DNA from: a virus
Taxonomy: Duplodnaviria; Caudoviricetes
DNA length: 64,000 nt
IMG/VR virus record: IMGVR_UViG_3300010356_000998
Location: 32,001 to 96,000 of that record
Reading direction: 5' to 3' (one strand)
The position numbers and the translations under genes are program-made. Shown here piece after piece: positions 19,701 to 27,646 of the stretch. Below the pieces are notes generated by a model, which ran no database searches, was not told the DNA's origin, and saw only the letters and a program-made list of their open reading frames with translations. Numbering within the stretch: position 1 is the stretch's first letter; each line of letters starts with the position of its first letter.

Positions 19701-21486
19701 TAAAAATACTTGTAAAGAATCTTCGTTTTTAAATAAATCTTTTTCTATTAATTCTAAAAATAAATTGTATACATCAAAATATGAATCATCAGAGTTATCA
19801 TTAGTATGTTTAGGACTTACAAAATAACCTTCATAAGCAAATCTAATAAACATACCTAATAAAGTTAATTCAATAATTTTTGAATCGTTTTTTACATGTA
19901 CTTCTATTCTTTCACAATCTTTATTATCAATAATTTCAGTTATACAATCTATGAAATTAGATTTAATAATATTTAAATATTTCATAAATTTATCATAATT
20001 TTCTATTTTAACATATTCTATTATAATTGCTACAGGATCTGCAGAAGGAACAGTATAATCATGAGCAAACGAATGAAAACAAGCTTCGTTGGTATGTGTG
20101 TTAATTTCGCCTTTTACTTTTTTAATAAAACTTGAATTGTATGACATAATAACATGATTTGAGTTATTTGTAGTTTGGACTGTATCATAAACTTGCATTA
20201 AGTTTTTCCTTGTCAGTCTCTCGCGGCTTATTGATTAAATTGTCTATGATTTCTTTTAAGATAGCTTTTTCGTCAATGTTAAAGCTATTAGTTAATGTAA
20301 GTATTCTATTTAGTTTATTTAACAATTTATATTCAATCTGTCCGACGGGATTGACCTCTCCAGGTGTTTCCCCGTTAGCCTTATTCAGACCCTCAATTTT
20401 TTGAGATTCGGAATTTTTGTTAAATGGATTATCTTGATATACAATATTTTCAAGTTTCGTAAGTCTATCATAAAGTTCTTGTATTTGTTTTTGAAAGAGT
20501 TTTTCATTTCTGTCAATTCTTTCAAATTGTTTAATATTAAATTGTTGACTCATAATCTATTTAACTTTCCATAAGTATCACTACTTACAGCCGCATGGTA
20601 TGTTTTACGGATTTGTGGTTACCCCTTTGTATTTTGGATAAACTGTATCAGGAGAATAATCCCAGTGTCTATCTACAAATAATATTCCGGGTTCTGCTGT
20701 ACTATGTGCAGCTTCTATCATCTTATCCCAAAGTTCTCGTGCTTTTATTTCTTTAGTAATAGATGGATTATCTGAATCGCAAGGCCATCTCAATGTATAA
20801 TTTGTATTTTGTTTAACAGCTTGCATAAAGTCATCTCTTACCATTACTGAAATATTAGCTCCAGTTACTTTAGTTAGATCTTTTTTAATAGTTATAAAAT
20901 GTTCAACATCAGGATGTCGAACGTCTATGCTTAACATTAAAGCACCTCTACGGCCATTTTGTGCTACTTCTCTTGTACTATTAGAAAATCTCTCCATAAA
21001 ACTAACTGCTCCTGTAGAAGTACCAGCAGCATTAGTTACAGGTGTATTATTTGGTCTCAATGTAGAAATATCAAGACCTACACCACCTCTTCTTTTCATT
21101 AACTGAACTAATTGCTCGTCTTTTTGAAGAATACCTCCATAAGAATCTTCAGGTTGCCCTACCACAAAACAGTTACTTAAAGATCCTATTTTTTTAGAAC
21201 CTAGCATTGACATTATAGATCCTTGTGGTACAACATACTTAAAGTGTTTAAACAAATCATAAATACGTTCTTCTGAAAGATATTCTCTTTCTTGTCCATA
21301 TTTACTTAATTCTGTTCTGTTTTCGGAGTTTTCTTCTTTTTCTTTGTAATTAGATTCAATTCTAGCAAATTCTTTTGCCATTCTTTTGTGCATGTCATCG
21401 GGAGTCGTTTCTCCTTCTTGAGCATACTTTCCTTGCCATACTGACATGGCTAATTCATCTTGATTAAAGTAATTGGATAATGACAT
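16744..21486 (-). CDS. nrdJ: Class II (B12-dependent) ribonucleotide reductase in three exons: 21486-20607, 19407-18441, 17401-16744 (2505 nt, 834 aa spliced)
   Basis: LSNCFV, RRGALM, APTGS, KGVTVYRDGSR and a C-terminal Zn-ribbon. Joining the exons restores TTNP-CGEIFMSAYDACRL and THSI-SSTINLP in frame. Confidence 0.92.
17478..18308 (-). CDS. Intron-encoded HNH-type homing endonuclease
   Basis: Repeated C-x-C / CxxC modules, then QNGKCAY, SLDRINSDKGYVKDNVQW..N.MK. Confidence 0.85.
   Translation of the reverse strand: MQRNLEIGSKVNNWTVVSEPFKENGRDHFVLKCTCDKEYIFGKHYINRNGFSKSCRSCSGKLRWKDKKTYFDGFKVQNLTVLKCEGLQKGNTIYKVQCDCGHIYRTGHTTLTRKCKGEGLSYCNNCFNTNLKKPKRNTMLTNNLSLTYFKVIERNAKLRGFEFDLTPEYLEELWNNQNGKCAYTQRELLMNTKFNNKEDRVKHTCSLDRINSDKGYVKDNVQWVTKRVNTMKNNMTNSDFLQLCREIANNHANIEPSTTRSCSEGAETNGFIKRDE
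18330..18358 (-). promoter_or_regulatory. Bacteroidetes sigma-70-type promoter inside intron 2, upstream of the HNH gene
   Basis: TATCTTTG (-7 consensus TAnnTTTG) at 18337-18330, with TTG 18 nt upstream and the ATG 21 nt downstream. Confidence 0.55.
19416..20198 (-). CDS. Intron-nested hypothetical protein in the P9 loop; no homing-endonuclease motif
   Basis: 260-aa ORF (alternative start MSYNSSF); EACFH, FIRFAYEG and NVNHCF motifs; no HNH, GIY-YIG or LAGLIDADG signature seen. Confidence 0.75.
   Translation of the reverse strand: MQVYDTVQTTNNSNHVIMSYNSSFIKKVKGEINTHTNEACFHSFAHDYTVPSADPVAIIIEYVKIENYDKFMKYLNIIKSNFIDCITEIIDNKDCERIEVHVKNDSKIIELTLLGMFIRFAYEGYFVSPKHTNDNSDDSYFDVYNLFLELIEKDLFKNEDSLQVFLFCHNLMLDIEKVNVNHCFLNNYYGKTAIDTFPKLITVEEFKSRINNSSIRCICSYPAQEGIFYYNGTNIKKIKKNELWTEKDYYNEFKNMINKV
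20185..20553 (-). CDS. Intron-nested 122-aa ORF reading through the ribozyme core (coiled-coil N-terminus)
   Basis: ATG after P2 behind an A-rich leader; open through P4-P8; stop overlaps the S element. Confidence 0.55.
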   Translation of the reverse strand: MSQQFNIKQFERIDRNEKLFQKQIQELYDRLTKLENIVYQDNPFNKNSESQKIEGLNKANGETPGEVNPVGQIEYKLLNKLNRILTLTNSFNIDEKAILKEIIDNLINKPRETDKEKLNASL

Positions 21487-21489
21487 ATA

Positions 21490-23337
21490 TTAAAATAAAG
21501 TAGGTTTTTTATCAAATAATGATAATTCTTCTTTTACATTTTTTATATAAAAATTGTAATTAATATCATAATTTAAAGCATTAGTATCTGTGATAGTATT
21601 CAATAGTGTTTGATACCATGCTTTACCTTTGATAGATGGGGCATTTAGATATTCACTTCTACCATCGTTATATAACTTTTTAAATACACTACCTTTATTA
21701 GAGATAATATATCTAATTGTTTTATGTAATGGTTTTTTATTTGCGTTCTTATCATATTCGTATAATTCAGCTCCTTGTCTTACTCTAATACCAAAACAAA
21801 AATCGAATATATTACTATGTTCTTTAATTGTTTTTTCTATTGGAGTGTTATATAAAAACCAGTTATAAACAGCTATTCTTTCAATTAATGATGATTTATT
21901 TTTATGTAAAGGAATATTTTCTATTTCATAAGCACCTTTACATTTAGTTTTACCATTTGTATAAACTGCGATATAGTTATTTACATCTCTAATCATCATT
22001 TTTGAATAGTATGCATATTCTAATTGAAGTTTTGTAATAGATTCCCATTCTTTACAAATATCATAATACATAGATTCATACTCTTTTTTTAATTTAAGAG
22101 TTAAACCATCTGTATTTATTTGAATAAGTGTACTATCTGGAATATTCATTAACTTTTCAGCTAACATTGTAAGCATAAGTTGACCATTTATAGTAGTTGT
22201 ATAAGTATATTTAGGATCATACAACCAACTAGTAGATTCATTACTTTTACCGTACACACTATTAGCAGCTTCTTTTAGTCCAGCAATAATAGCTTTATCC
22301 CCATCTGGTTTAGCTTTTTCAGCTAATCTTACAGCAACAATATCATTATTATAAATAGTAGCAAAATCTTCTCCTAAATGTTCAGGATATAGTTTATTTA
22401 CTACCGCAATACTTGGATATAGACTTGCTACATCAGCATCTATTATAATATAATCATCTTCTGCAGATATAATGATATTTTTTAAACTACCGTGAATACC
22501 ACCCAATCCATAATCAAATTGAAAATGTTTATAAATAGCGGATTTTGAAATAGAACTTTCAGAATTAATATTTAAATTTTTAAAATATTCTAATAATTCA
22601 TTAAATTCTTTTGATTCAAATTTAATGTAATCAAATATAATGTCTGATAATTTAATATTACTTCTATAAGTTCTTAAATCTCTTACATTCCATTTATTTA
22701 ATCCACATTTGTTAGAATATAATTCTAACATTAAATCACTTCCTATTTTTGAATTACTAGCATTTAAAAAATTTAATTTATATTTTTCTGTCAAGTTAAT
22801 TCTTAACTCTATTTCTTTTTTATTTTTATTAAATAAACTTTCAGTAGAATTAACGTCATTAATACAATATTGTATTATTTTATCAGCTTCTTCTCTATTA
22901 CTAATTGGTTTGAAAAAAGGCATGTCTTCTATGTTAGGCCAATCTATCATATACTGACACCATTTTAAACCAACTCTTCTGTTTTTATTATCTAAATGTA
23001 ATATTTTATAAATGTCAAGATTAAAAATATGAAAATCTTTTACTTTATAAGGTTTCCTATCTTGTTCTATTAAATATGTTTGAACAAAATTAAATATTTC
23101 TTCAGCTGATTTTTCAATACTCCAAATGTATTCTATAACTTGAGCATCAAAATCTAAATTATTAAATCCTCGCAATGCTTTTACTTCATTACGTAAAAAT
23201 GCCCATAGAGGCTCATAATCGTCTCTGTAAGGCGATATCTCAAACACTCTGTAATCTTCTTCGTCTTTTGCTTTAAATACAGCACAAAAGAAATTAGGTA
23301 GTGTTTCGAGGTCATACGTCCAAACTTTTTTAATCAT
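21490..23337 (-). CDS. polB: Family B DNA polymerase with 3'-5' exonuclease (crAss-like)
   Basis: YDLET, FNNLDFD, YCINDV exonuclease motifs; DVASLYPS, K...NSVYGK, NTDG polymerase motifs. Confidence 0.92.
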   Translation of the reverse strand: MIKKVWTYDLETLPNFFCAVFKAKDEEDYRVFEISPYRDDYEPLWAFLRNEVKALRGFNNLDFDAQVIEYIWSIEKSAEEIFNFVQTYLIEQDRKPYKVKDFHIFNLDIYKILHLDNKNRRVGLKWCQYMIDWPNIEDMPFFKPISNREEADKIIQYCINDVNSTESLFNKNKKEIELRINLTEKYKLNFLNASNSKIGSDLMLELYSNKCGLNKWNVRDLRTYRSNIKLSDIIFDYIKFESKEFNELLEYFKNLNINSESSISKSAIYKHFQFDYGLGGIHGSLKNIIISAEDDYIIIDADVASLYPSIAVVNKLYPEHLGEDFATIYNNDIVAVRLAEKAKPDGDKAIIAGLKEAANSVYGKSNESTSWLYDPKYTYTTTINGQLMLTMLAEKLMNIPDSTLIQINTDGLTLKLKKEYESMYYDICKEWESITKLQLEYAYYSKMMIRDVNNYIAVYTNGKTKCKGAYEIENIPLHKNKSSLIERIAVYNWFLYNTPIEKTIKEHSNIFDFCFGIRVRQGAELYEYDKNANKKPLHKTIRYIISNKGSVFKKLYNDGRSEYLNAPSIKGKAWYQTLLNTITDTNALNYDINYNFYIKNVKEELSLFDKKPTLF

Positions 23338-23860
23338 TTAATAATTCAATGACTTTATGTTTGATCGCACAATTTTTCCAAGCTTTATAAGTTAACCAAT
23401 CAGGAGTTTCTAATCTTCTTAAATAAAGTTGAACAGCCAGTCTTAATTCAGCATGTTCAAAGTTATTTAATAAATCAAATTTTTCTTTTAACTTATTAAT
23501 TTTGGTTTGAAGTTTTCGTTCTTCAGATTTTAAATGCCAATTAATAGCATCACGATAATTACTAGTAGTGTATGCTTTTATACCATCAGTATGATAATTA
23601 GGTGGGTCTTCAATAGGTTTTTCTACATAATCTACAGGATCGGTAGATCCAACGACTTGTTCATAAGGAACTCTAAATACACCTCTAATTCTCATACCGT
23701 CTTCTGTCAAACACTCATAAATTTCTCCAGCATATTCTTCTCCATTAACAACTTTTTTTTCTATATGTCCTTTCCAACCTCTTAATCCGAGGTATTTCAT
23801 TTTCTTAACATATTTAGGCTGTCCTTTTTGACTAGCCCATCTAGAATACAGTAAATCCAT
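23330..23860 (-). CDS. Hypothetical protein
   Basis: 176-aa ORF coupled to polB. Confidence 0.6.
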   Translation of the reverse strand: MDLLYSRWASQKGQPKYVKKMKYLGLRGWKGHIEKKVVNGEEYAGEIYECLTEDGMRIRGVFRVPYEQVVGSTDPVDYVEKPIEDPPNYHTDGIKAYTTSNYRDAINWHLKSEERKLQTKINKLKEKFDLLNNFEHAELRLAVQLYLRRLETPDWLTYKAWKNCAIKHKVIELLND

Positions 23861-24459
23861 TAAGTTTTAATCATTTCATATTGATCGATAAAAGTTTGAA
23901 TTTGATTGTTATTTTTAGCTCGTTTAATTTGAAATTTTAATAAATCTTCTTTTGTAATAACATTATCTTTATTCAAATCTAAAGCAGCTAAATATTTATT
24001 AGTTACTCTACTTAAAATAGTTTTATTGTATCTACTTGGTGCAAAATGTAATATATGTAAATCTATACTATTTTTAACAGCTGCTAGATATCTTTTATTA
24101 CAATTTCTTAAATATTTTTCGTAATATAATAGTTGTTCAGATAATGTTAAACTATCTAGTTTAGGAATGTTAAGTGCTTGTCTAGTAGCTTCAGTAAGTT
24201 GAAACACACCTATTTGACTAGATGCTGTATTTATTCCTTTACCATACGCATTCGGTTTTAAATTACTTTCTGCGTAATGTACTATCATACTAGCAATTGC
24301 AAACTCGTAAGGATCTATTGTTAATACATCCTGCATTCTTTTTCCTACTTCTACATAACAATTGAATATACTATTTTCTTCAATTGTAATTTCAGATACT
24401 GTTCCAGTTTCTTTTCTTGGAAGAAAAATCATGATTAGAATTAAAAGTATATGTTTCAT
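23860..24459 (-). CDS. Lysozyme/lytic-transglycosylase-like protein with N-terminal hydrophobic anchor and EF-hand-like loop
   Basis: AESNLKPNA, IGVFQL, LDLNKDNVITKED motifs. Confidence 0.6.
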   Translation of the reverse strand: MKHILLILIMIFLPRKETGTVSEITIEENSIFNCYVEVGKRMQDVLTIDPYEFAIASMIVHYAESNLKPNAYGKGINTASSQIGVFQLTEATRQALNIPKLDSLTLSEQLLYYEKYLRNCNKRYLAAVKNSIDLHILHFAPSRYNKTILSRVTNKYLAALDLNKDNVITKEDLLKFQIKRAKNNNQIQTFIDQYEMIKT

Positions 24460-24491
24460 AATAATTATAAATCAATCCATAAAAGGTAAAG

Positions 24492-24530
24492 AAAAAAGGT
24501 TTAGACGGGGAATAACCCTATCTAAACCTT
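24492..24530 (-). terminator. Rho-independent terminator
   Basis: AAGGTTTAGA..GGG/CCC..TCTAAACCTT hairpin with a U-run on the minus strand. Confidence 0.75.
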
Positions 24531-24535
24531 AATAT

Positions 24536-24997
24536 TTATTTCTTTTTAGACTGTGTTTTATTCATGATCCAATTTGCAATTTCTTGCAAGTTTGGAATCA
24601 ATGATTCATTTTTACCTTGAGTAATTTGCTGATCTCCAATATGCTCACGAAGAGCATTGGCACCAGCAAAGAAACAGGCGAAAGCTGCGTTGATGTTAGC
24701 TCTTGCGAGTCTATTGAGATCAGGTGTGTCTGAAGTAGCTGCCAGTGCTACTTTTCGACCGAAATTAGTCAATCGAAGTGGTTCTCCATTTTTTAGTTCA
24801 AGATAACCGGCTTCTGTCAGATCATTCAAAGCGTTTTCCAACAATTCTGAGTGATCTTTTGCACCTTCTCCAAAAATAATGTCATCGCAAAACTTACTTT
24901 CTGCTACTTCTTTTTCTTTCGGTTCTTGTGAAAGAAAGAAAGAAATGAGTAATGCGGTTGAAAACAGGTTTCTTTTTTTTTTAAATGTTTCTGTCAT
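24536..24997 (-). CDS. Hypothetical protein with a winged-helix-like segment
   Basis: ALNDLTEAGYLE...LRLTNFG pattern. Confidence 0.5.
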   Translation of the reverse strand: MTETFKKKRNLFSTALLISFFLSQEPKEKEVAESKFCDDIIFGEGAKDHSELLENALNDLTEAGYLELKNGEPLRLTNFGRKVALAATSDTPDLNRLARANINAAFACFFAGANALREHIGDQQITQGKNESLIPNLQEIANWIMNKTQSKKK

Positions 24998-25081
24998 GTT
25001 AAGAAATTTAAGTAATAAATAAGAAGCTGGGTTTTGTTTTTGTTAGTAGCGATACAAAACCAGCAATGAAAAAACGCTAGG

Positions 25082-25167
25082 TACTCCGAGCGAGACTCGA
25101 ACTCGCAAGAAGCTTACGCCTCCAAGGGATTTTAAGTCCCTCGTGTATACCATTCCACCACCGGAGC
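25082..25167 (-). tRNA. tRNA-Leu(TAA)
   Basis: Cloverleaf with long variable arm; anticodon arm AGGGA-CTTAAAA-TCCCT; TTCGAGT T-loop. Confidence 0.9.
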
Positions 25168-25232
25168 GAAAAATGTCAGATTAAAACCTATAATTAGGAA
25201 ACTTCTTCTGACAAAAGTTTTATTTTTTGTAA

Positions 25233-25757
25233 TTAGTTTACATTAAAAGCATCCGCTTCTTCTTCCACTTTTGCTGGAGTAAACGCATCTGCAGCTACAG
25301 ATCCGTTATGAGTGATAAAAGTGTGCCGTGCTTCAGAAGCAGGCGTCAAAGAAACTTCACGGTAAATTGGAGACCCGTCTTTCAAAAGAACCTCATTAGT
25401 TTGAGGATTGATTTTTGGAGTTGGGTTTTTGCGAGCTGGATTTGGCGTCAAAGATTCGGTAACCTGCAATTGAAACTCAATCCCAGCTTCAGCTTCAATA
25501 TTTTCAATTGTGGGCCATTCAGCTTGCGGTTTGTTGCTATAATCAGCGTCCGTTGTTCCGAAATATTTCATTGCCTGTTCTTCGCTAAAAGAAACTACAG
25601 CGACTGCTTTTGTTTCACCCGTGATGCCTTGCGTAATTGAAAGAAGCGGATTGCTTGAACCTTTGAAAGTTTGTTGCAGCATCACATTTACTTGGTTTTT
25701 GTCAGAATTAGCGTTTGGCCAAATGCGACGTACCTGAACTTTAGAGAATGGTTTCAT
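25233..25757 (-). CDS. Conserved crAss-like protein with acidic C-terminal tail (possible ssDNA-binding protein)
   Basis: INPQTNEVLLKDGSPIYR motif; EEEADAF tail. Confidence 0.55.
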   Translation of the reverse strand: MKPFSKVQVRRIWPNANSDKNQVNVMLQQTFKGSSNPLLSITQGITGETKAVAVVSFSEEQAMKYFGTTDADYSNKPQAEWPTIENIEAEAGIEFQLQVTESLTPNPARKNPTPKINPQTNEVLLKDGSPIYREVSLTPASEARHTFITHNGSVAADAFTPAKVEEEADAFNVN

Positions 25758-25800
25758 GTGTGAAAAAGTTGAAATTGTTAAGAGTTATATGGACTGTATT

Positions 25801-26178
25801 CTATTCAGAATCTACAAATCCATATTTTTTGAGTTTTTTTGAATTTTCATAGGCGAATTCGACAATAGTTTTATTGTCTTCATAGCCTATTACCCGGAAC
25901 TTTTCTTGTTTCGGTTTAACAGTTATTCGTTTCTCTTTTTTAGAAAGAGATTTAATAAACTCTTTTTGATACTCAGCTTTAACATCTTCAGAAATATTTT
26001 CTTCTGATATTTTACTGATCAGCATTTGCTGTTTCATCAATTGAGCTGAATTTTCTTGATACTGTTGTTTAGCGATAGCATCATCATGGTTGTTTAAAAA
26101 TTTACCATTAAATACTTTCCCAACAGGTTTCAGAAAATTATTTACTATAAATTTATTATCTTTTCTATATATAATCAT
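25801..26178 (-). CDS. Hypothetical protein (MIIYRKDNK...)
   Basis: Start trimmed to ATG 26178 because the longer call overlaps tRNA-Tyr. Confidence 0.6.
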   Translation of the reverse strand: MIIYRKDNKFIVNNFLKPVGKVFNGKFLNNHDDAIAKQQYQENSAQLMKQQMLISKISEENISEDVKAEYQKEFIKSLSKKEKRITVKPKQEKFRVIGYEDNKTIVEFAYENSKKLKKYGFVDSE

Positions 26179-26192
26179 AAAATATAATTTAG

Positions 26193-26276
26193 TGCCGGTT
26201 GATGGATTCGAACCACCCGAACGATTAAGTACCTGAGTTACAGTCAGACCCGCGACCATTTACGGAATAAACCGGC
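26193..26276 (-). tRNA. tRNA-Tyr(GTA)
   Basis: GCCGGTT/AACCGGC acceptor; TCTGA-CTGTAAC-TCAGG anticodon arm; long variable region; TTCGAAT T-loop. Confidence 0.8.
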
Positions 26277-26327
26277 ATTAAAATCTTACAGTTTTTACAA
26301 CTATAAGAATTATTAATTTTGATTAAA

Positions 26328-26897
26328 CTATTTATAAATTCCTTGTGATAGTACAGTAGGGATGTATGTTACGTACATTTTACAAAATTGAGGATATAAT
26401 TCTAATAATCCTTTTAATGCTTTTTCAGCATCATATTTTGTTTCATATACGCCATAATGAGTGATCCAGTTACCATCTTGTAATTGACTTACTAAAAAAT
26501 CTTTTGGTCTATTTTTAGCTGGAGTTTTTAAATATTCAAATCTAACAGTCCAACAATTACCATAAGACATTTTTCTAACTTTAGTACCAGTTTCAATAGT
26601 ATCTACAGATAAAATTTGAATAATGTTGTAACAACCGTCAAGAATTGCATTAATACGCACTTCTTTAGTTTTTTCTACAATATCATCTTGATTTTCATAA
26701 TAATGTAATACACCTGTATATTTAGGGTGTTTTGTACTACAAATATCTGGTTTGTAGTTTTTAGGAGTTGTGATAGATACGGAATACATTGCTGGACTAG
26801 GATTTGAACTAGTTTCAACAATAGGTGGACAATATACTTGACTGTAAATATGTACAGTCTGAAGTATTGAAATAAGAATAAAAATAATCTTTTTCAT
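26328..26897 (-). CDS. Secreted protein with possible C-terminal SPOR-like domain
   Basis: Signal peptide MKKIIFILISIL; YGVYETKYDAEKALKGL motif. Confidence 0.55.
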   Translation of the reverse strand: MKKIIFILISILQTVHIYSQVYCPPIVETSSNPSPAMYSVSITTPKNYKPDICSTKHPKYTGVLHYYENQDDIVEKTKEVRINAILDGCYNIIQILSVDTIETGTKVRKMSYGNCWTVRFEYLKTPAKNRPKDFLVSQLQDGNWITHYGVYETKYDAEKALKGLLELYPQFCKMYVTYIPTVLSQGIYK

Positions 26898-26911
26898 TGT
26901 TTAATTTTTAG

Positions 26912-26984
26912 TGATCCCGACAGGGGTCGAACCTGTAGCCTACAGATTAGAAATCTGTTGCACTATCCTTTGTGCTACGGGACC
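26912..26984 (-). tRNA. tRNA-Arg(TCT)
   Basis: GGTCCCG/CGGGATC acceptor; ACAGA-TTTCTAA-TCTGT anticodon arm. Confidence 0.9.
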
Positions 26985-26991
26985 AGGTTAT

Positions 26992-27141
26992 TTAATGTTT
27001 ACAACTACCGTCACAATCTGCAACAACTTTACATCGTTTTACACAATGCCAAGTTATTTTTAACAATGGTTTACAAATACATGGAAATTGATGTCCATTA
27101 ATTGTAACCCAACCAGTATCGTCACAAAGTTTACATTTCAT
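26992..27141 (-). CDS. 49-aa Cys-rich microprotein (MKCKLCDDTGW...)
   Basis: Manual translation; 8 Cys; fills the gap between two tRNAs. Confidence 0.55.
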   Translation of the reverse strand: MKCKLCDDTGWVTINGHQFPCICKPLLKITWHCVKRCKVVADCDGSCKH

Positions 27142-27156
27142 ATAAATTTATTTTAG

Positions 27157-27229
27157 TGGGCCCAGCAGGACTTGAACCTACAACCCTCAAATTATGAGTT
27201 TGGCGCTCTACCGATTGAGCTATGGGCCC
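27157..27229 (-). tRNA. tRNA with CAT anticodon (Ile2-like acceptor)
   Basis: GGGCCCA/TGGGCCC acceptor; CTCATAA anticodon loop. Confidence 0.85.
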
Positions 27230-27272
27230 GGTGTTTTAATACACACTTTTAATTGTAATATAATATTTTTGA

Positions 27273-27370
27273 TGACACTAGCAGGAATTTAACCTACCAC
27301 AACCGCAGAAGAACTAGTATTACGTTGGTTCGCCCACATACAAATGTAGTGTTCAGGAACATGTAGTGTC
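27273..27370 (-). ncRNA. tRNA-like RNA: acceptor stem and T-arm with a non-canonical centre
   Basis: GACACTA/TAGTGTC-A acceptor; GTAGG-TTAAATT-CCTGC T-arm; no standard D or anticodon arm. Confidence 0.55.
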
Positions 27371-27376
27371 GAGTTT

Positions 27377-27646
27377 TTAATTATAGATAGATTGTAATAA
27401 TCTACCTAAAATGTGTTTGTTTTTTGGATTCCATCCGTTGATTACTCTCATGGTGGAATCAACATATAAATTCGATAATCCACGATGTATTACATGTGGC
27501 TTACTTGAATTCATAATGTTATCTATTTGTTGAGTATTTAATTCAGGTATTTCAAATTGTACATCAGCAAATGATTTATAAGCCTGTGTACAATCTTCAT
27601 AATCTGAAATAAATAATTGCGGATGCTGTTCTGGTGATATTATCAT
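27377..27646 (-). CDS. Hypothetical protein
   Basis: 89-aa ORF coupled to the upstream ORF. Confidence 0.55.
   Translation of the reverse strand: MIISPEQHPQLFISDYEDCTQAYKSFADVQFEIPELNTQQIDNIMNSSKPHVIHRGLSNLYVDSTMRVINGWNPKNKHILGRLLQSIYN

Larger units (their letters stand above)
19408..20606 (-). mobile_element. Group I intron (nrdJ intron 1) splitting the catalytic Cys codon; carries two ORFs with no endonuclease motif
   Basis: CCG T|AA.. and ..AAAAAG|GT GGA GAA join to give P-C-G-E. P1 CCGU/GCGG, P2 with GUGA loop, P4 ACGGG/CCCGU, P5 ACCU-GGAG-AGGU, P6 CGG/CCG, P7 GACUG/CAGUC, P8 AAACUU/AAGUUU, P9 CUACA/UGUAG, terminal G at 19408. Confidence 0.85.

Noticed and set aside
16744-21486. nrdJ as a fragmented pseudogene, intein-split gene or three independent subunits
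   Set aside because: Both breaks have U.G P1 helices, a terminal G and core intron elements, and exact removal restores the frame and motifs; no intein signatures
26912-26984. Possible amber suppressor tRNA (CTA in the loop) and stop-codon reassignment as in some crAss-like phages
   Set aside because: The 7-nt loop TTTCTAA centres on TCT (Arg); long genes are intact in code 11 and TAG/TGA are used as real stops
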